This document shows positions 56,470-64,000 of a DNA stretch of 64,000 nucleotides, in pieces. The notes under the pieces were generated by a model. It saw only the letters and a program-made list of their open reading frames with translations. It ran no database searches and was not told where the DNA came from. Numbering within the stretch: position 1 is the first letter of the stretch; each line of letters starts with the position of its first letter. The DNA is taken from positions 7,626,001 to 7,690,000 of the forward strand of contig OZ024765.1 in NCBI GenBank assembly GCA_964016885.1. Direction: 5' to 3'. The translations under genes and the position numbers were made by a program. The stretch is from Eledone cirrhosa (lineage: Eukaryota).

Positions 56470-58970
56470 GCCATGCTGGGACACTGCCTTGAAGGGATTT
56501 AGACTAGCTATGCTGGGACACTGTCTTGAAGGGATTTAGACTAGCTCTGCTGGGACACTGCCTTGAAGGGATTTAGACTAGCTATGCTGGGACACTGCCT
56601 TGAAGGGATTTAGACTACCTCTGCTGGGACACTTCCTTGAAGGGATTTAGACTAGCTATGCTGGGACACTGCCTTGAAGGGATTTAGACTAGCTATGCTG
56701 GGACACTGCCTTGAAGGGATTTAGACTACCTCTGCTGGGGAACTGCCTTGAAGGGATTTAGACTAGCTATGCTGGGACACTGCCTTGAAGGGATTTAGAC
56801 TACCTCTGCTGGGACACTTCCTTGAAGGGATTTAGACTAGCTCTGCTGGGACACTGCCTTGAAGGGATTTAGACTAGCTCTGCTGGGGAACTGCCTTGAA
56901 GGGATTTAGACTAGCTATGCTGGGACACTGCCTTGAAGGGATTTAGACTAGCTCTGCTGGGACACTGTCTTGAAGGGATTTAGACTAGCTCTGCTGGGAC
57001 ACTGCCTTGAAGGGATTTAGACTAGCTCTGCTGGGACACTGCCTTGAAGGGATTTAGACTAGCTCTGCTGGGACACTGCCTTGAAGGGATTTAGACTAGC
57101 TATGCTGGGACACTGCCTTGAAGGGATTTAGACTAGCTATGCTGGGACACTGCCTTGAAGGGATTTAGACTAGCTCTGCTGGGACACTGCCTTGAAGGGA
57201 TTTAGACTAGCTATGCTGGGACACTGCCTTGAAGGGATTTAGACTAGCTCTGCTGGGACACTTCCTTGAAGGGATTTAGACTAGCTCTGCTGGGACACTT
57301 CCTTGAAGGGATTTAGACTAGCTCTGCTGGGACACTGCCTTGAAGGGATTTAGACTAGCTCTGCTGGGACACTGCCTTGAAGGGATTTAGACTAGCTATG
57401 CTGGGACACTGCCTTGAAGGGATTTAGACTAGCTCTGCTGGGACACTGCCTTGAAGGGATTTAGACTAGCTATGCTGGGACACTGCCTTGAAGGGATTTA
57501 GACTAGCTCTGCTGGGACACTGCCTTGAAGGGATTTAGACTAGCTCTGCTGGGACACTGCCTTGAAGGGATTTAGACTACCTCTGCTGGGACACTGCCTT
57601 GAAGGGATTTAGACTAGCTCTGCTGGGACACTTCCTTGAAGGGATTTAGACTAGCTCTGCTGGGACACTGCCTTGAAGGGATTTAGACTAGCTATGCTGG
57701 GACACTGCCTTGAAGGGATTTAGACTAGCTCTGCTGGGACACTGCCTTGAAGGGATTTAGACTAGCTATGCTGGGACACTGCCTTGAAGGGATTTAGACT
57801 AGCTATGCTGGGACACTGCCTTGAAGGGATTTAGACTAGCTCTGCTGGGACACTGCCTTGAAGGGATTTAGACTAGCTCTGCTGGGACACTGCCTTGAAG
57901 GGATTTAGACTAGCTCTGCTGGGACACTGCCTTGAAGGGATTTAGACTAGCTATGCTGGGACACTGCCTTGAAGGGATTTAGACTAGCTCTGCTGGGACA
58001 CTGCCTTGAAGGGATTTAGACTAGCTCTGCTGGGACACTGCCTTGAAGGGATTTAGACTAGCTATGCTGGGACACTGCCTTGAAGGGATTTAGACTACCT
58101 CTGCTGGGACACTTCCTTGAAGGGATTTAGACTAGCTCTGCTGGGACACTGCCTTGAAGGGATTTAGACTAGCTATGCTGGGACACTGCCTTGAAGGGAT
58201 TTAGACTAGCTCTGCTGGGACACTGCCTTGAAGGGATTTAGACTAGCTCTGCTGGGACACTGCCTTGAAGGGATTTAGACTAGCTCTGCTGGGACACTGC
58301 CTTGAAGGGATTTAGACTAGCTCTGCTGGGACACTGCCTTGAAGGGATTTAGACTAGCTCTGCTGGGACACTGCCTTGAAGGGATTTAGACTAGCTCTGC
58401 TGGGACACTGCCTTGAAGGGATTTAGACTACCTCTGCTGGGGAACTGCCTTGAAGGGATTTAGACTAGCTATGCTGGGACACTGCCTTGAAGGGATTTAG
58501 ACTAGCTATGCTGGGACACTGCCTTGAAGGGATTTAGACTAGCTCTGCTGGGACACTGCCTTGAAGGGATTTAGACTAGCTCTGCTGGGACACTGCCTTG
58601 AAGGGATTTAGACTAGCTATGCTGGGACACTGCCTTGAAGGGATTTAGACTACCTCTGCTGGGACACTGCCTTGAAGGGATTTAGACTAGCTCTGCTGGG
58701 ACACTTCCTTGAAGGGATTTAGACTAGCTCTGCTGGGACACTGCCTTGAAGGGATTTAGACTAGCTCTGCTGGGACACTGCCTTGAAGGGATTTAGACTA
58801 GCTCTGCTGGGACACTGCCTTGAAGGGATTTAGACTAGCTCTGCTGGGACACTGCCTTGAAGGGATTTAGACTAGCTCTGCTGGGACACTGCCTTGAAGG
58901 GATTTAGACTAGCTCTGCTGGGACACTGCCTTGAAGGGATTTAGACTAGCTCTGCTGGGACACTGCCTTG
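56470..58970. repeat. 37-bp minisatellite, about 67 copies
   Basis: Unit GCTGGGACACTGCCTTGAAGGGATTTAGACTAGCT(C/A)T; period checked at 57061 and 57098. Confidence 0.97.
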
Positions 58971-61134
58971 TATTGTTTTACTGGTTTCAGTCATTAGACG
59001 GTGGCCATGCTGGGGCACTGCCTTGAAGGGATTTAGTCTTGTATTCTTTTACTGGTTTCAGTCATTAGACTGTGGCCATGCTGTAGACAGCGTTGGACTC
59101 ACCTATAAACTAAATAAGCTATAGTTTAGGGCCATGCACCTTCAGAGGCCTTATTTTTTAAGATATATTTTTATTCTTTAACACAAAATCATTAAAAGTT
59201 ATATATCTTCATCATTTTTGTCATTAGAACGTGGCAATGTCTAGGTTCAGTTGATTGTCTCTATCGCAGCACTTATTTTTAATTTTAAGTCTGTTATTTT
59301 ATCGATTGCTCTTTGTTTAACTGCTAAGTTATGGGACGTAAATAGGAAGTATAAACTTGGACAAGTGCACACCCACAGACAGTAACAGAAACATACACAC
59401 GGACACAGACATACACACATAGAGAAACAGACACAAACTGACACACATACAAACAGAAACACATACAAAGACACACAAACAGACACACACAGTAACAGGC
59501 ACAAACTGACACAAATACAAAGAAACACACATATAAAGACACACACACACACAGACACACAGACACACACACACTCAGTAACAGGCACAATCTGACACAC
59601 AAATACACAGAAACACACACACAGACACACACAGTAACAGGCACAAACTGACACACAAATACACAGAAACACACACAGACACACACAAACTGACACACAA
59701 ATACACAAACACACACACACAGACATATACACATACAGTAACAGGCACAAACTGACACACAAATACACAGAAACACACATACACAGACATGCATACACTC
59801 AGAAACGCACATTGACATGATGGGCTTCCATAGTTGCTGTCTTCCAAATACCCCTCCCTAGTATTGATGCTGTCTTCTGTAACCCTTGGTTCTATCTTCT
59901 GTAGTGGTCCAGTTTGGTATGCTGAGTTTGGAGTGTGGGTAACGGATTGATGTAGCCGGGCCAGATTTAATGGGGGTAAAAGGGGGCATTTTCTCCGGTC
60001 TTCCTGCTGCGGGGAGCCCCACCAGTGACAGCTGTAGTCATTTATTTGTGTCCTTAGCTGGGCTTTTTAGTTTTAGGATAGGATGGTTAGAATTTTTGAA
60101 TTTAATACTTGTATATATAACTTTTCAAATCCAGTTACTTACCTTAAGCTAACTTTGATATGTAAAATTGGGAGGTTTGCTGTGTATTCTATTTTTTTCT
60201 GTGTGAGCCTCCCCACCCTCACCCCCCAAGGTCTAAATACAACCCTTGTCATGAGTGATGAGTGTCGGTTGGCATTCAGTTTGCTAAGTGTTTTGTGGAC
60301 TGATTGGAGCAGAATATTAATCGTATGGTAAACATTTACATGTACCCTTTTTTTTTAAATTTAAAAAACTGATAATATTTAAAACCTTTAATATGATATA
60401 TAAAACCCTTCATTTTTGCCTGGAGCCTAACCTGATATCACTGAGTGACTGAGAGTGTAAGACTTCCCTTGAATAGGACACCACTCCAGTGCAGGGTTAA
60501 AGTGTGCCCCAAGCCCAGATGCACATCAAGCCAGGGGTTATCCTGGTTTTCCTTGGTGTTAAGTGACTGAAAGTACAAGACTTTCCCCTGGATAGGACAC
60601 CAGTCCATTTCAGGGTTAATGTGTGCCCCAAACCCAGAGGCACATCAGGCTTTAACTTATCCCAGTTTCATTGCTGTTAAATAATTGGAGTATTGCTGAG
60701 AGAGAAGACAAACAACAAATTGCAGAAGATGATGAGAATAGAACAGGTGCTGACTAGAAATTGAATGAGATGGCTGGACCATGTGTTGAGGAAGGAGAAA
60801 GTGACTGGGTGAGAGGAATAGAGCCAGTGATGGATGTTGTGAAGAGATGTGGAATGAGATGGTTGAGTCATGTGTTGAAGAAGGTTGCAAGTAACTGGTT
60901 GAAAGAAATAGCTGGGAAGATTGCCTTAAAATGGTTCTTATCATCGTTGTTGATGTTGTCATTGTTTTTAGATAAATAAAAACTCTTTAAAATAAACATT
61001 CTGGTGTCAGTGAAACAGAGGGGGGCTTCAGGTAGTTTGGCATCAAAAGAGTTAATTAAGCATCATAGACATTTGCTCTGTGTGTGTGTGTAAACTAATA
61101 CAGGTGTACATTATTCTACCTTGTGTGTGTACAG

Positions 61135-61580
61135 TATGTGTAGATTATTATAGATGTGTTATTCTATCTGTGTGTGTATGTACATATACATATGTGTGTA
61201 GATTATTATAGATGTGTTATTCTATCTGTGTGTGTATGTACATGTACATATGTGTGTAGATTATTATAGATGTGTTATTCTATCTGTGTGTGTATGTACA
61301 TGTACATATGTGTGTAGATTATTATAGATGTGTTATTCTATCTGTGTGTGTATGTACATGTACATATGTGTGTAGATTATTATAGATGTGTTATTCTATC
61401 TGTGTGTGTATGTACATATACATATGTGTGTAGATTATTATAGATGTGTTATTCTATCTGTGTGTGTATGTACATGTACATATGTGTGTAGATTATTATA
61501 GATGTGTTATTCTATCTGTGTGTGTATGTACATGTACATATGTGTGTAGATTATTATAGATGTGTTATTCTATCTGTGTG
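61135..61580. repeat. 58-bp minisatellite, about 7.5 copies
   Basis: TGTGTAGATTATTATAGATGTGTTATTCTATCTGTGTGTGTATGTACATGTACATATG repeated. Confidence 0.9.
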
Positions 61581-62189
61581 TGTGTGTGTGTGTGTCTGTG
61601 TGTATATGTGTGTATAGATTGCTATAGATGTATGTTATTCTATCTTGTGTGTCTGTACATATATGTGTAGATATTACTATAGGTGTATGTTATTCTATGT
61701 GTGTGTGTGTGTGTGTGTGTACATGTATATGTGTAGATTACTATAGATGTATGTCATTCTGTGTGTGTGTGTATGTGTGTACATACAGGTAGATGGATGT
61801 ACAGGTGTATCTGATACTCATCTTACGTGTGGTGGATTGGCAGTATCGGTAGGGGGTCGGACGCCATGCTTTGACGCATAGAGTTACGGCCCTTGCCATT
61901 CTGAGTTCAAATCCCGCCGAGGTTGACTTTGCCTTTCATCCTTACGGGGTCGATAAAATAAAGTACCAGTAATACACTGGTTAATTGCTGGCCTTGTGCC
62001 AAAAGTAGAAACAATTATCTTCTTTAATAAAGTAAAATAAAGTACCAGTAATACACTGGGTAATTGCTGGCCTTGTGCCAAAAGTAGAAACAATTATCTT
62101 ATTCTTTAATAAAGTAAAATAAAGTACCAGTAATACACTGGGTAATTGCTGGCCTTGTGCCAAAAGTAGAAACAATTATTTTATGTGCA

Positions 62190-64000
62190 TGTATGTATAC
62201 ACAGGTAGATGGTGTACAGTACATACTTCTCTATCATATGTGTGTATGTACACAGGTAAACGGTATAGGTGTACATAATTCTCTATTGTGTATGTACACT
62301 AAGGTAAACAGGGTACAGGTGTATATGCTTCTCTATCATGTGTATATACACGGTAGACGAGGTACGGGTGTATATACTTTTCTATCTTATGTGTGTATGT
62401 ACACCCAGGTAGACGGGGTATAGGTGTAGATAATTCTCTATCGTGTATATATACACAGGTAAACAGGGTACAGGTGTATATACTTCTCTATCTTATGTGT
62501 ATATATACACACAGGTAAACAGAGTATAGGTGTATATACTTCTCTATCATGTGTGTATATATACACACAGGTAAACAGGGTACATGTGTATATACTTCTC
62601 TATCGTGTGTATATATACACACAGGTAAACAGGGTACATGTGTATATACTTCTCTATCATGTGTGTATATATACACAGGTAAACAGAGTATAGGTGTATA
62701 TACTTCTCTATCATGTGTGTATATATACACACAGGTAAACAGGGTACATATGTATATACTTCTCTATCATGTGTGTATATATACACAGGTAAACAGAGTA
62801 TAGGTGTATATACCTCTCTCATGTGTGTATATACACAGGTAAACGGTACATGTGTATATACTTCTCTATGATGTGTGTATATATACACAGGTAAACAGTA
62901 CAGGTGTACATACTTCTCTATCATATGTATATGTACACCCAGGTAGACGAGGTACAAGTGTACATCTCTATCTTATGTATATGTACACCCAGGTAGACGA
63001 GGTACAGGTGTACATACTTCTCTATCATATGTGTATGTACACCCAGGTAGACGAGGTACTGGTGTTCATACTTCTCTATCATATGTATATGTACACCCAG
63101 GTAGACGAGGTACAAGTGTACATACTTCTCTATCTTATGTATATGTACACCCAGGTAGACGAGGTACTGGTGTACATACTTCTCTATCATATGTATATGT
63201 ACACCCAGGTAGACGAGGTACAGGTGTACATACTTCTCTGTCTTATGTGTATGTACACCCAGGTAGACGAGGTACAAGTGTACATACTTCTCTATCATAT
63301 GTATATGTACACCCAGGTAGACGAGGTACAGGTGTACATACTTCTCTATCATATGTATATGTACACCCAGGTAGACGAGGTACAGGTGTACATACTTCTC
63401 TGTCTTATGCGTATGTACACCCAGGTAGACGAGGTACAGGTGTACATACTTCTCTATCATATGTATATGTACACCCAGGTAGACGAGGTACAAGTGTACA
63501 TACTTCTCTATCATATGTGTATGTACACCCAGGTAGACGAGGTACTGGTGTACATACTTCTCTATCATATGTGTATGTACACCCAGGTAGACGAGGTACA
63601 GGTGTACATACTTCTCTATCATATGTATATGTACACCCAGGTAGACGAGGTACAAGTGTACATACTTCTCTATCATATGTATATGTACACCCAGGTAGAC
63701 GAGGTACAGGTGTACATACTTCTCTATCATATGTGTATGTACACCCAGGTAGACGAGGTACTGGTGTACATACTTCTCTATCATATGTGTATGTACACCC
63801 AGGTAGACGAGGTACAGGTGTACATACTTCTCTATCATATGTATATGTACACCCAGGTAGACGAGGTACAAGTGTACATACTTCTCTATCATATGTATAT
63901 GTACACCCAGGTAGACGAGGTACAGGTGTACATACTTCTCTATCATATGTGTATGTACACCCAGGTAGACGAGGTACTGGTGTACATACTTCTCTATCAT
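62190..64000. repeat. 54-bp minisatellite, homogeneous from about 62910 and running off the window
   Basis: Unit TACATACTTCTCTATCATATGTATATGTACACCCAGGTAGACGAGGTACAGGTG; diverged units upstream. Confidence 0.95.

Noticed and set aside
59820-60330. Unique-looking sequence as the next boule exon
   Set aside because: No convincing phase-1 acceptor/donor pair with a Boule-like peptide; downstream exons probably lie beyond the window.
62921-64000. 359-aa repetitive ORF on the minus strand, and the 219-aa ORF at 48146-48805
   Set aside because: Tandem units of 54 and 48 bp are multiples of 3 and happen to lack stops; there is no other sign of coding function.

Overview
This is AT-rich, microsatellite-saturated animal genomic DNA, and its SINE families and repeat landscape suggest a cephalopod, probably Octopus (inference). 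The only host gene is boule (DAZ-family RRM protein) on the + strand. Its exons are 14567-14683, 34718-34809, 35814-35871, 52565-52624 and a 25-nt microexon at 56140-56164. There is also a candidate ATG-only first exon near 5.2 kb and a candidate in-frame 54-nt cassette exon at 53288-53341; the 3' part of the gene was not found. The rest is intronic or upstream repeat: tRNA-derived SINEs, RTE and CR1 LINE remnants, a Neptune-like Penelope RT relic, two Helitrons, piggyBac/mariner/pogo/hAT-type MITEs and several TE-derived minisatellites. The most unusual signals are (i) about a dozen type I hammerhead ribozyme motifs from several distinct families, many in short palindromic, (TA)n-embedded Penelope-like mini-elements, and (ii) the same 46-bp minisatellite in inverted orientation on both sides of the first RRM exon. 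Nearly all ORF-track entries are artefacts of simple repeats. All coordinates and folds were read by eye.
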